DNA of 63,917 nucleotides from positions 32,912,369 to 32,976,285 of the forward strand of contig JARDVH010000130.1 of NCBI GenBank assembly GCA_030324005.1, given 5' to 3'. Positions within the stretch are counted from its first letter, which is position 1, and every line of letters begins with the position of its first letter. A program made the translations under genes and the position numbers. This document shows, piece after piece, positions 1-11,866 of the stretch. Under the pieces are notes generated by a model. The model was not told the DNA's origin. It ran no database searches and saw only the letters and a program-made list of their open reading frames with translations. This stretch comes from Negaprion brevirostris (taxonomy: Eukaryota).

Positions 1-515
1 CGCCCCAAGAACTGCCACCACAGATCCCATCACCCATGGGCCCCACCCTGGCAGTGCCTGGGGGACATTGTCCAGGTGCCCAGTTGCCATTGCCCAGGTA
101 CCAGGCTGGCATTGCCAAGATATCAGTCAGGCACTGCCCAATGGAGGACATGCCTGCCTTGCTTTTGGCCTCCCCAGGGGGCCTCAATGGCATCTGGTTC
201 CACCAGCGAGGCCAAGTCGACTTCTCCCCATTCATGGGGAGCACGTGTATTCCTTGCGGATGGGAACCTCTCCACAAGGCCATAAAGGCAAGCGAGCCCA
301 GCCAGTTGAACACCAGAATCGCTAATCGTGCTGAAATTGATGTTAATTTAAATAAATGAACCAGCCTCTTGCCCATCTCTGGTGAGAAGCTGAGCGCGTT
401 AGAAATCCTATGGTGTAAAATTGCGCCAGTCGCCAATATGATAATTGTTTCACACCCCACTTTACGACCGCATTGCATCTGAAAACGGACGCGACACGGT
501 CATAAAATTCCACCC
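1..515. mobile_element. Non-autonomous DNA transposon (Harbinger-like), right end
   Basis: Ends in cataaaattccaccc, a terminus shared with other GGG...CCC-bounded elements in the window. The GC-rich interior resembles 21800-22637 and 56690-57260. Confidence 0.5.
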
Positions 516-765
516 AAGGACTCGAGGGCACAACGACAAAGTGAAGGGACGCTCCTTTAAAACTGAGATGAGGACACTGCTTTGAAACTGAGCCAGAGAG
601 TGGTGAATCTCTGGAACTCATTGCCACAGAGCGTTGTGGAGGCCAGGTCATAGAATGCCTTTGAGACATAGATTGATAGGTTCTTGATCAATAAGGGGAT
701 CAAGAGTTATGGGGAGAAGGTAGGTGAATTGGGATGAGTATCTTGTCAGCCATGATTGAATGGTG
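516..765 (+). mobile_element. CR1 LINE 3' end
   Basis: aaaactgagatgagg...gtggtgaatctctggaactc...gactcgatgggccgaatgg...tcttatgatcttatg tail. Confidence 0.8.
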
Positions 766-835
766 GAACAGACTCGATGGGCCGAATGGTCTAATTCTGC
801 GCCTATATCTTATGATCTTATGGTTCATAGCTCCT

Positions 836-1731
836 GTGTGGAGATAATGTTGTAATGGTATTGTTACTGACCCAGGGTAATGCTCTGGGACTCAGGTTCA
901 AATCCCACCACGGCGGCTGTTGAAATTTAAAAATANNNNNNNNNNNNNNNNNNNNNNNNNNNNNNNNNNNNNNNNNNNNNNNNNNNNNNNNNNNNNNNNN
1001 NNNNNNNNNNNNNNNNNNNNNNNNNNNNNNNNNNNGCTGAAGTCAATGACTGTCTCCTTCATTTTGTTGACATTAAGGGAGAGATTATTGTCATCACACC
1101 AGTTCACCAGATTCTCTGTCCCACCCCTGTACTCTGTCTCGTCATTGTTTGAGATCCAACCCACTGTGGTGGTTTCATCAGCAAACTTGAAAACTGAGTT
1201 GGAGAGGAATTTGGCCACACAGTAATGAGGAGTATAGTAAGGGGCTGAGAACACAGCCTTATGGGGCACCGGTGTTGAGGATGATCGTGGAGGGGGTGCT
1301 GTTGCCTTTCCTTACTGATTGCAGTCTGTGGGTTAAGGCTTTCAGGATCCAGTCGCAGAGGAAGGAGCCAAGCCCCAGGCCACGGAGTTTGGAGATGGGT
1401 TTCACAGGAATAATGGTGTTGAAAGCTGAGCTGTAGTCGATAAATAGGGAGGATAAAGAAATCAATTAAAAAAGAATGGAATTATGACTCTGCTGATGAT
1501 CATAAAGCCATTGTCAGAAAAACCCATCTGGTTTACTATATCTTTTAGGAAGGAAATCTGCTGTCCTTACCTGGTCTGGCCTACATGTGACTCCTGACCC
1601 ACAGCCATGAGGTTGTCTCTCAATTGTCCTCTGAAATAGCCTCGCAAGCCACTCAGTTCAAGGGCAACTAGGGATGAGCAATAAATGCTGGCCAGCCAGA
1701 GACTCTCATGTCCCACAAATGAACAAAAAAA
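836..1731 (+). mobile_element. tRNA-derived SINE with tail gggcaactagggatg...ataaatgctggcc, interrupted by a LINE fragment
   Basis: Head ggttcaaatcccacc, body aaacccatctggtt...ggtctggcctacatgtgactcc, A-rich end. The same family recurs at 7030, 39255, 40605 and 59060. Confidence 0.75.
1036..1450 (-). mobile_element. Rex1/Babar-type LINE reverse transcriptase fragment
   Basis: [14 protein letters not shown]...LCDWIL...LNTGAP and KFADETTTVGWISNNDETEYR...WCDDNNLSLNVNK, with frameshifts. Confidence 0.85.
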
Positions 1732-1820
1732 CAGTTTTCCTCTTGCTCCTACAATTAGCACCAGTTGATTACTCCCATTCAATGTACTGTCTTAAGCCAA
1801 GGAATCAAAGCTTTTAGTGT

Positions 1821-2709
1821 TGTTAAAAAACACTTAAGTAATAGTTTGGGACCAAAACGTGCTTCTACTTCAGGCTTTAGAATTTAAAGTAATTGTGACG
1901 TTAGTGTATCTTTAAGAGTTTTTTTAAAAAAATCATGTTCTCCGTGACTCACAGCCTTAGCTACTGTCATTGCTGCCCGGCTTGTCTAGAATTTTGTTGC
2001 TCCTTTAGTGGCTTAAGGAGGCTGCTTACTTTTACTCTGGGTTGTTTTATGGCTCTGCATTGTTAGGCAGAAGGTCATGGATTCTGGTCAGGTGTTTGTC
2101 CTTCTNNNNNNNNNNGGTTTGATTTCCCGATTTTGGCTGGCAGCAGTGTTCGGTTTAGAAGGGAGTGGACATCAGACTAAAACCTGTGTCTCTGTCTCCC
2201 TGGGTTTTGGAAGTTCTGCTAATTAGCTGAAAGCAAGGTTTCTTGCCTTCCTACAGGATAAATCTGCTGTTGGTGCTTGACCAGAGTGTCTCGCTTGTCT
2301 GGAAAGCTGTTCCGACTTCTGTAACATGAGATCTGCAAAATTCATCCAAAGGACTTAATCTCAACATCATGAGCAGTCGACTTTGCTGTGTTGAACTTGT
2401 TTAAACGACCTTGTCTAACGCAAGCTTGGTTTTGATTGGGGCATCTTAGATATATTTGTTAAGGGTTATATATTATTATGGTTGTTTTATTAATGCTTGT
2501 AGTTGATAGAAGTTATTACTAATTTTCTTTTCATACATGTTAATTATGTTCTTAAATCCACAATGTTTGATAAAAGCTCCTGAGTGGGTTATTGGAATCA
2601 TAGTGAGGTGAACCATCTTGTGCTTATCCTAGCCAAATTCAAAATGATTAAAGTAATATCCAGATGGGCTTCATAAAACATTGTGGAGTTTCTGACCTGA
2701 GCAATAACA
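1821..2709 (+). mobile_element. Putative solo LTR
   Basis: TGTTA...TAACA inverted termini around an approximately 890-bp non-coding block. No clear TSD. Confidence 0.45.
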
Positions 2710-2995
2710 TAATAGAATCCCTACAGTGATGGAGGAAGCCTTTCAGCCCATTGAATTTACTCCCGCTCTCTGAAAGAGCATTTCACCTCAGCCTGACCCC
2801 GCCCTCAACCCACTCATTTACCATGGCTAATCCACTTCACCTACACATCTTTGGAGTCTGAGAGGAAACTGGAGCACTAGGAGGAAAGCCACACTGGCAC
2901 AACATAGATTCCACACAATCAATCGCCCAAGGCTGGGATTGAACCCGAGTCCTTGGTGCTGTGAGTCAGCAGTGCTAACCACTGTGCCACCATGT
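2710..2995 (-). mobile_element. HE1-type V-SINE
   Basis: Reverse complement of gcacagtggttagcactgctg...gtttcctc...ctgtagggattctat. Confidence 0.85.
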
Positions 2996-4275
2996 TGCTC
3001 GACACCCATCAAAAAATAGTTGCTTATCAGCACTTAATTTGTTGCTGTGGTATTGATGTGATCTGAAATGTATATTTTTCACTGCACAAGGTCCTAGTCT
3101 TGTCTCTGCCATTGGGAAGTAGGGAAGAACATGCAAGGGCTGCAGTGTTGGTTCTTAGATCAGAAAATGTGGCGTCCTTGTAAGCTGTTTCCCATTACAA
3201 CATTCACTGTACCTTTTGGATGTAAATATTGTTAAAAAGGTTGGCCTTTGGTATTTGCATTCTCCACAATTTGAGTAATGACCACTGACTGCAGAGTGCA
3301 TCACACCAGATAACATATTTTACAGCTGTGACCCCTTTCAGTGCATCGCCCACCCTCGGCAGAAGTGACTGTGCTTGCAAAGTAATTACTTCTCAGAACA
3401 AAATGGGGAGCCTGGCAGCCACGTTATTTACTGCAAGTCTAGAAAATTTAGCCTGGAATGTTTCATCTTTAAACACTTCACTAGATTTGCAATAAATTTC
3501 AGAAGTGCCTTCCTTCATTGAGCACATTTCATAATTACGTCGCTGGAGTTAGCATCCGAAATGTACTTACTTGCCCAAAATTACTGAAATAAGCTCTTGG
3601 CAAATGAAGGAGACTGCTCTTAGATTTACACAATATATTTGTAAGTAGCATTTCAGACTGTTAATTTAAATGGAAAGAATCCTATGGAATATGGTAGCAA
3701 CTTGGCAGATGAGCCTAAAAGTTGCGCTGTGGCAAAATAAGGAACTGAAGTAGACGATCAGCAAACGTCCTTTTGTTTCTGCTTCCTTCCTCTTTCTTCT
3801 TGCGACCAAGTTGATGTCACGCTTTGAAGCACGAAGTATCGTAGGTGTCCTTTGCAGCAGTTTTCGTTGCGGCACAATGTTTACTTGCTTATGCCAAGTT
3901 GACCCATGCTAACAGTGGCTTAACAGTGCACAAAGCATTTTAATTTTTACGGGGGGATGGGGGTGCAGTGTGTGGGGTTGTTACTGCTCCCCTGCACCCT
4001 CTAAACCCCACCCCACCCGGCAGTGGCCGCCGGAAGTTGTTTTCAACCGGAGTGGCTTTTAAAAGAGGTCACTCCGCAGCGATAAACGGTAAAACAGTCT
4101 TGGTGGCATGAAGGAGCTGATGTTCAGGCTTCTGCCCCCTGCAGTGGGAGGAGAGGCCTTGCTCACGATTGATGAGTTAATCTAACAGTCTCTGCAGTGC
4201 CAGAGCTGTAAGAAGCCCCATTGGATCAAGGGAGGACACTGGACCTAGTTGTTCCCAGGCTTTTTGGGCACTTTG

Positions 4276-4585
4276 GGTGGCACAGTGGTTAGTTTTGTTG
4301 CCTCACAGTGCCAGGGACCCGAGTTCAATTCTGGCCTCAGGTCACTGTCTATGTGGAGTTTGCACATTCTCCCCGTGTCTGCGCGGGTTTCCTCTGGGTG
4401 CTCCGGTTTCCTCTCACACTCCAAAGATGTGCGGGTTAGGTGGATTGGCCATGCTAAATTGATCCTTGGTGTCAGGAGGGGTTAGCAGGGTAAGTAATTG
4501 GGAATAGGGCTTGGGTGGGATTGTGGTCAGTGCTGACTGATGGGCTGAATAGCCTCCTACTGCACTGTAGGGATGCTATGATTCT
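4276..4585 (+). mobile_element. HE1-type V-SINE, near full length
   Basis: ggcacagtggttag...ctgtctatgtggagtttgcacattctccccgtgtctgcgcgggtttcctctgggtgctccgg...gcactgtagggatgctatgattct. Confidence 0.9.
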
Positions 4586-5871
4586 TTTAGGTGGGAAGGA
4601 ATCAGGCACCCTGCCTAGTGGTGGGGGTGGTGGGGTGGCGGGAGGGGGTGGGGCAGGGGGTGGTTGCAGTGCGAATGTTGGTTTTGGAGGCCAGGTCTCT
4701 GATATGAACAGAGTACCTCCCTGCTCTCCCACCACCCCCAGAGGATATGCCCCCACTTCCTTCTTGTCTTTTCACCATATTTATTTTACAAAGTGGCACT
4801 CCCACTCTCGGCTACTGTATTACGGTTAGTGAAGGTGGGTTGAAAGCCCAAAGTAGGCAATGATTGGGCACTTGTGATGCTCAGTAAGCCTAAGGGTGGG
4901 CAGGAAGGCTAGTGAGCACCTTACTAGTTACCAGCCTGTATTATGGGGCCTGGGTTGTGGGTGGGCAAGGAGACAAGGTAGGCTAGCCAGCTGAGATATT
5001 TTGCACCAAAATTACACCAGGGCATGGGGAAGGGGCGTAAAATCCAGCCCAGGAATTAGAGTTCCAGTGGCTGGCTGTTGAATTTGGTCGATCTACCCAC
5101 TGTGACCCTGCTGTGAGAGGAACGTTGCTTTCAGATGAGCGGTAACTCTGACACTCAAACAAACATTGTGCTGAATTGCGGCAAATGTCTCTTTTTTTGG
5201 CATATCGATGAAGTTAGTCGAAAGAGAAAGAGACTGTGGCAATTATAACCAGCGATCTATGAATAATGCAGAGCTGCTTTCTAGCTGACTGACTTGCATT
5301 TCAATTTTAAAGCAGGAATCATGACTTTGATTTGTCTCCCAAGGGATTTTGTTGTTCGGTACATGAAACAATATTATTTCAGTCCTCTTGTCTGATCAAA
5401 CCAGAAAAGGTGCTGAATCTATTTTGGGGAGCTTGCAGCCATCAAGGAAGCTTAGCAGGAGGAGCAGCATAAGCGATAGACCATATGGTCATTAAAATTT
5501 TCATCCATTGATCTCAGTAGCCTGTGTTATCCCCTTCAACATGACACTTTTCCGAACCTAGCAGAAGCTAAAACTGACAGCAGCTTTGACAAGGTATTTA
5601 TCAATTTACAATATTTCTCAAAAATAACACTTCTTCCAGTTTGATCTTTGACTGGGTCTTTGGTGTATTTCCAGCTGTAATGAGGTAACGGCATCATAGG
5701 TAAAGCAGCCATGTACAGATGTTGCTTTAGCAAGTAGACAATGCCTTGTTTGCATGACCAAGCAATTTTACTCACTACTCATGGGCAGCCAAGCTTGCCA
5801 TAAACAGATCCAGGCAACGGGAGATTGGGGGGTGGGGGGTTTGTCAGACCAAACTGTCTGCCCCCCTGCTG

Positions 5872-6165
5872 CGGCTACATGGATAGCATTGCTGCCTCAC
5901 AGCGCCAGGAACCCGGCTTCGATTCCTGGCCTGGGCCACTGTCTGTGCGGTGTCTGCACATTCTCCCGATGTCTGCGTGGGTTTCCTCTGATAGCTCTGG
6001 CTTCCTCCCACAATCCGAAAGGCGTGCTGTGGTTAGATGCATTGGCCACGCTAAACTCTTATTCAGTGCACCTGAACAGGTGCCAGAATGTGGTGACTAG
6101 GGGATTTTCACAGTGACTACATTACAACGTTAAGGTAAGCCTACTTGTCACACTAAAAAATAAAG
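5872..6165 (+). mobile_element. V-SINE with HE1-like head and a different 3' tail
   Basis: V-domain present, then aggtgccagaatgtggtgactaggggattttcacag...cttgtcacactaaaaaataaa instead of the CR1-like HE1 tail. Confidence 0.7.
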
Positions 6166-6334
6166 TATTACATTTTAAACTAAAGATTATAATTAATTGG
6201 TGTTTTTGAATTGCAGATATTTTGAAACTCCTGGAAGATCCTTTCATCAGTGCCAATAGCTCCTCCCTATCCGGTCTGTCTAGCGCCTCATGACTCTGAA
6301 CACCTTTATCAATCTTAAAAAAAAATTTATAGTC

Positions 6335-6765
6335 ATGGCCTGGTGTCCCTGGGGAGGGAGCAAGCAGTGTCCATGGGCACCGTTGGGGTCTTCTGTACTC
6401 ATTTGGGCACTGCAGGGATTGGGGTATATTATTGACCCAAAGAACAAAACAGCACGGGAAACAGGCCCTTCGGCCCAATGAGCCCGCGCCGCCATTTTAA
6501 CATTATGAGCCCCCCCTCCACCCATGACCCTTGTCTACGCTTATGGCATTCCATATTGAGGGAAGACTAATTTAGGGACAATCACATTAATCCCCTTTAA
6601 TCACATTTTGGCTTGATGTCTTAAGTTTCCTTTATTCTTTGTTTTTTGTTTCAGGCAGGTTCCCCCCCACCTCCACCCCTTTAAGGGGCTGCCCCTTTTA
6701 TTTTGTCCCTCATTTTGTTTAGTTTGTTTGAGTTGCCAAAAAGAATGGCAGCTGACCGGAAAGAA
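6335..6765 (+). mobile_element. Tx1-like LINE 3' end, interrupted by an inverted CR1 tail (about 6440-6575)
   Basis: VSLGREQAVSMGT...WALQGLGYIIDPKN resembles the Tx1 ORF2 C-terminus. The T-rich 3' UTR is shared with 24683-24872. Confidence 0.55.
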
Positions 6766-7029
6766 GAGGCCGGTGTAATTTTTGCCAAGTGGTAAAATGC
6801 AGTAGTTGTAAGGTTCTACGTTCACGTGGCTGAAATCAATAGAAAGGATTCCGCACTGTATATGTTTATCTTGGCTGCAGCTATTAGCATCAGATTAGAT
6901 GAATCAATGTTTGCCTCTCAAACAGCTAGCACACTCTTTTCATTGGACAACAGTCCCCTATTCACTTAATATTTGACCCACAAAGGCACATTTCAAGGTG
7001 GCAGCCAAGACTCATTCCAAAAACCATAC

Positions 7030-7387
7030 CGCAATGGTCTAGTGGGATTATCACTCGACTGTTAATCCAGAAGCTCAACTAACGTTCTAGGCTGTCAGAT
7101 TCGAATCGCACAATGGCAGATGGTAGAATTTAAATCCTATTTAAAAAATTGCAATTAAGAATCTACTGATGACCATGAAACCATTGTCGGAAAAACCCAA
7201 CTAGTTTGCTAATGTCCTACAGGGAAGAAAATCTGCCGACCTCACCTGGTCTGGCCTACATGTGATTCCAGAGCCACAGCAATGTTATTGACTTTCAACT
7301 GTCCTCTGAACAAGGGCAACTAGGGATGGACAGTAAATGTTGGCCAGTCAGCGACATCCATGTCCCACGAACGAATAGAAAAAAAAA
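7030..7387 (+). mobile_element. tRNA-derived SINE (same family as 836-1731)
   Basis: gaccatgaaaccattgtcggaaaaaccc...ggtctggcctacatgtga...gggcaactagggatgg...A-tail. Confidence 0.8.
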
Positions 7388-8011
7388 TTGAGCACATGAG
7401 AGAGGGGTGTGCAGGCCTGAGAGAAGGGTACTCAGCTGATGCCAAACACCAAGGTCTAGGTGCTGGGAAGGGATCTGGGGTTGGTGTTTTAAATGGAATT
7501 CTTCATGTCCCTTAGATTGAGCTTCAGACCTGGAAGACCATCTTTAAAACAAATCAGAACTGTCATGCTGATATCTGGGGCGGAGAATATAGGGGACTGG
7601 CTGAGTCATAGTCATAGAGTCACAGAGGTTTACAGCATAGAAACAGGCCCTCTAGTTTTAGACTCCCCTACCTTTGGGAAAAGATATTGACTAGCTGATC
7701 TATGCCCCTCATTATTTTATAGACCTCTATAAGATCAGCCCTCAGCCCCCTAAGCTCCAGAGAAAAAAGTCCTAGTCTATCCAGCCTCTCAAAAGAAAGG
7801 GTTTAGGAGAGCTAGGAGAGGGCATGAGAAATCCTTGACAGGTCAGATCTAGGAAAACCCCAAGGCTTTTTACTCTTACGTGAGAAATAAAAGAATGACC
7901 AGGGTAGGTGGGGCTACAGAGATAAGGCCTGGTTAGAATGCTCTGATATCAGTGCAGACTCGATAGACCAAATGGCCTCCTTCTGCAGTGTAGTGATTCC
8001 ATGATTCTATA

Positions 8012-8440
8012 TTATTAAGAATAGCTGCCTCTGTTTACACTTTAATTAACAGCATCACCTATGTATAATTTAAAGGACAGCAGACCCTGTGCAGACACAG
8101 TGAATAGCAATGTACATCATAGAGGTTCACAGAATGGACAGTATTATAGAAAATAGCAGAATCTGGCCATACTTAGAGAATATTAAACCTTTTGTATAGT
8201 ATCATGAGGTGCAGATCCACAGTATATTTTAGGAAATGGGAACCCATTTGTATATAATAGCAAATAATAGCTATTGACAGTAGCAATCTTTGTGTTCATT
8301 TTGCAGAAAAGGAGACCCTGTGATTAGAATTAGCTGCTATTTCTGGGAATAAATGCTCTTATATACTTTAGGGAATAACAACCCTTGAATGTATTATAGG
8401 GAATAGAGCTCCTTTATATATTGTAGAATATAGAAGCCCA
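8012..8440. repeat. Degenerate ~28-bp minisatellite, left block
   Basis: Recurring (ga)atagcag...tgtatatt(at)ag units. Confidence 0.75.
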
Positions 8441-10442
8441 GAGGCCGAATTTTCAGTCACCATTGAGAGGTTCAATACATACAAGTCCAGCAAAACACAT
8501 GGAAGGCATCACTGATTCTTGACATCTCAGTGGTACATTTAGATTTGCGAAGAGAGGTCAGGAAGAGGTGCCACAACCCACATGCTTTTGATTAATTGCT
8601 TATTGAGCTTGTTGTTGAACTCATTAGGGAGCAATGGTTTACAAGCTTCAAATAATCAGCGCAGGGATCATGGACAATCCAGGATGCTTTTGGGCATAGC
8701 TGTTATGAACAAAGAGGGGAACCAGTAGTGCTCATGAACGCAGTATACATAAAGTTGAAACTCAGTTGCTAATGAGTGAGTTGCATTGGTAGAGCTGAGA
8801 AGCTTGATTTTGTGAAGCAAGAGTGTGTAGACTCTTGAAAAGCACATGAGGCTGCGAGCACCACTTGGACATCATAGATGGGTTGAGGAAGTCCTGTTAA
8901 AGTAACGAGGGGCAGTTGAAGGTATTGAGATGGGAAAAGCCAACACTGGAGAGAGTGGCAAGGAGAAGCATCAGCAGATACAAGCTCCTGGTCAGGAGAG
9001 ACCAGAGTAGCAAGGGCTGCAAGTCAAAGAAGGTGCTGCCCACAACATTGGGCGCACTTCTCAGTTACCTGAAATTGACAGAGCACCAGTGCCAGGAGAT
9101 TGGCCCTATCCAGGAAGTTGCCGTCTGACATTTGTGCTTTGATCCACAATGACCCATGGCCTCACAATACCCATTTTAGCCTCCTACCTACAGCCATTGG
9201 TGTGATTGTGCCACTGAATGTCTTCGCATCTAGGTTATTCCAGGGATTAGATGCGGGCCTGTGTGGCATCTCAAAATTAGTAGCTCGTTGTACAATCAGG
9301 TAGGTGATGGATGCCATATTCCAGAGAGTAGGGACTATGTCTATTTTCAGACATGATTGACCAGCACAGGCGCAGAGGACATTGGATTTTGCCACTGTTG
9401 AAACTTTGGAAAAGAACAGGGTGATGGAGAAAAGGGGGAAGCAGAGAAGGAATGGGGAGCTTGGTGCCTAGGCATTAGAAGAAGTTCACCTAGAAAGTCT
9501 CACCATAATCAATAGGTTAGCAGTGATGCATTAGCTAGACTAATTCAACAATGATTCATCTGAGTGACTGTCAGATATTATGATATTTGGATTTGTCATA
9601 TGCCTTGCATAATCAAGAAAAATAATTCAAGTACACCTCTGATTAATTGCATTGCCACCCATATAGAATGAAGCTCAGTGTCCCCTCTCCGACAGTCTCC
9701 CCCATCACAAACCTTGGCACCAGCCAAACCTCTGACAACAGCCTCATCGGTCAATGGTCTTTTTGACATCAAGTAATGATAACATACATATCTACTCAAT
9801 AGTTTAATCAATACTATTATAATTGTTGTAGTCAACTTCTGTCCATCTCAGGAAATGATGGACTGCACCTGGGGTAAATGTAACTTCTGGATTGCATTTT
9901 GCCTGTTGTTGCTGTAAAAGCCAAATCATGAGTGACAATCCCTTAGCTGGCACAAGTGAATAGCATTGGTTAAAAGCCAACTGTTGTTTTTTTTGTCCAG
10001 TGCACTGTTTTTTCCACTATGATCTTTCCTTTTGTCCTCTGATTTTTCCACACCCTTCCTGACTGCTTGTCTCCAGACTCTCTGGTCATCAACAAGGACT
10101 TTCCATGTGTTGAGTCCATCCTGCGTACCTTGAGGTCTCATCTTTGTAGATGTGGGCAACTTGCTGGTCTCGTAGCAAGCTCACCATAGAGCATGTCTTT
10201 GGGAATGTCTTTGCTCAGGGACAACTGATCTACAAGCTGCTTTACATGAGTTTCTATATAGGATATCAGAGTGGTATCATCAGCAAACAACTCATAGACT
10301 AGGGCTTAATGGACAGCACAGTGAAAATGCAAACTCAAAATAAATTACCCAAGGGATCCAGGAAGTGCATTTAACAACACAGTACCTTGTGTTCACAACT
10401 GTTCCTACTGGGTGTTCGCCATTCTAACCTGAAAGTGAGAGC
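8441..10442 (+). mobile_element. PIF/Harbinger transposon relic carrying a transposase N-terminal fragment
   Basis: Left end ggccgaattttcag, partial right end ctgaaagtgagagc. About 9060-9320 encodes SYLKLTEHQC.../LSRKLPSDICALIHND...PTAIGVIVPLNVFASRLFQG...LCGISK...IR*VMDAIF, which is HARBI1-like. Confidence 0.65.
9822..10290 (-). mobile_element. RTE-clade LINE 3' end
   Basis: LNTWKVLVDDQRVWRQAVRKGV...CQLRDCHS*FGFYS resembles the RTE ORF C-terminus. Confidence 0.7.
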
Positions 10443-11360
10443 TTTTGTACTGGAGTGATATATTGGAATAGCCAATATAGCATATTGCAGAGAGTATTGG
10501 CATCTATACATCAATGGGAATAGCAGCCCTTGTGCACATTGTAGAAACCAGCAGACCTTGGGTTATTAAAGAGGATTAGCAGCCGCTGTGCACGCCATGG
10601 GGAACAGCAGACACTGTTAATATATTAAGAATATCAGCTTGCATTATGTTATAACACATAGCACCTGGGTGTACATTTTGGGGAAAGCAGCTCCTGTCCA
10701 TACTATGGGGAAGAACAGTCCCTTTGTATATTAGAGAGAATAGCAGTGGCTGAGGATGTTATAGCGAACAGAAGTCCCTGTGCATCTTGTAGAGTGTAGC
10801 AGCTCTGGTGTACATAATAGAAGATAGCAGGTTTTGTGTACATTATGGTAAGAACAGCCCTTGTTTATGTTATGCTGAGTAGCAGCTGCCTTGTGTATGA
10901 GAAGGATTAGCAGACCTTGTTTATATTACAGAGAATAGTAGCCATCCTGTATATTAGAGAGAATTTGGACATTATGCAGAATAGCAGCCCCCATGTAAAC
11001 TATAGAGAATAGCTGCCTGTGTACATACTTTAGAGAACAGAATGTCCTGTGCATATTATAGGCAATGGTAGCACTTATACTTTATAGACAAGGACAGGCC
11101 CTGTGTATACTAGAAAAAAGAGAGAAAATGACAGCACTGATGTATAACAGAGAGTAGCAGCTTCTTTATTTAATAGGCAAGCATGCTCTATGAATATTGT
11201 AGAGAATAGTAGTACAGTATATACTTTAGGGAATAACTGCCCCTCTATGTCCGGTAGGGAATAGCAGCTTTTGTATATTGTAATAGCGACTGCCTTATAT
11301 ATTGTTGAAAATGCAGACCCCATTAATATATTCGAGAATAGCAAACCCTAGTGTACCTAT
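10443..11360. repeat. Degenerate ~28-bp minisatellite, right block
   Basis: (t/c)agcag cores at 10521, 10549, 10577 and 10605 give a period of 28. Consensus is roughly gaatagcagcccttgtgtacattataga. Confidence 0.85.
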
Positions 11361-11777
11361 CACTCGTATAAGAATTAGACTAATGTCATAATGAATAGAA
11401 GAGGCCTTCTATCCTGCCCACAAATGTGAATGTTATAATCTGATCATCACTAACTCAAGTTTATGCAAGATACTTCAAAGTTTCTTTTTTCATTTCCTGT
11501 CATTGTTTTCATCCATAAAGCATGGGGCGTGTACAATCCAAACTATTAACATGAGCTGATTGTTATACTAAGCCCTTGTCTCTGTGGTACACAAATAAAT
11601 CCTTCAGTGTTTTAGTTCATCAATATGACATTAGTAAATAGAAAGATATTGCACTATGAAGTAGGACTAACATGGTACAAGTTCTCCTAGTGTTCCTTGT
11701 CCTGCATTATTAGCACAGTTCTTTGTCCAGGATGTGTTTGTCTCTTTAACTTGAATGTTCTGTGTTTTTTTATGGAT

Positions 11778-11866
11778 TACTAACCCTTTCCTCTAGAATC
11801 AGTCTTGTAGACATTTCCATTCATTCTTCCATTCCATCCTAATGCTCCGATTCTTTTCTTTCCAAG
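11778..11866 (+). promoter_or_regulatory. Splicing-regulatory region upstream of the micro-exon
   Basis: TACTAAC at 11778-11784, a YCAY cluster (ccat/tcat/ccat/ccat, about 11817-11838), branch-like CTAAT at about 11839-11843, TGC at 11843-11845, then a pyrimidine tract. Confidence 0.55.

Noticed and set aside
4249-4485. Recurring ORFs such as MAQWLALLPHS... and tRNA-like A/B boxes (also at 28354, 50112, 58824)
   Set aside because: These are translations and heads of HE1 SINEs, not proteins or functional tRNA genes.
4600-4680. G-rich run (potential G-quadruplex) and Pro/Gly-rich ORFs
   Set aside because: Low-complexity interior of a repeat element, with no evidence of function.
10443-11360. 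28-bp periodic array as CRISPR-like
   Set aside because: Units are head-to-tail and degenerate with no unique spacers or cas genes, in a vertebrate intron.
1-11760. Search for the preceding exon (APPPPKRAP...RSKSMTAELEEL) and the PDZ exons
   Set aside because: Not found by eye. They are probably upstream of the window or in a gap.
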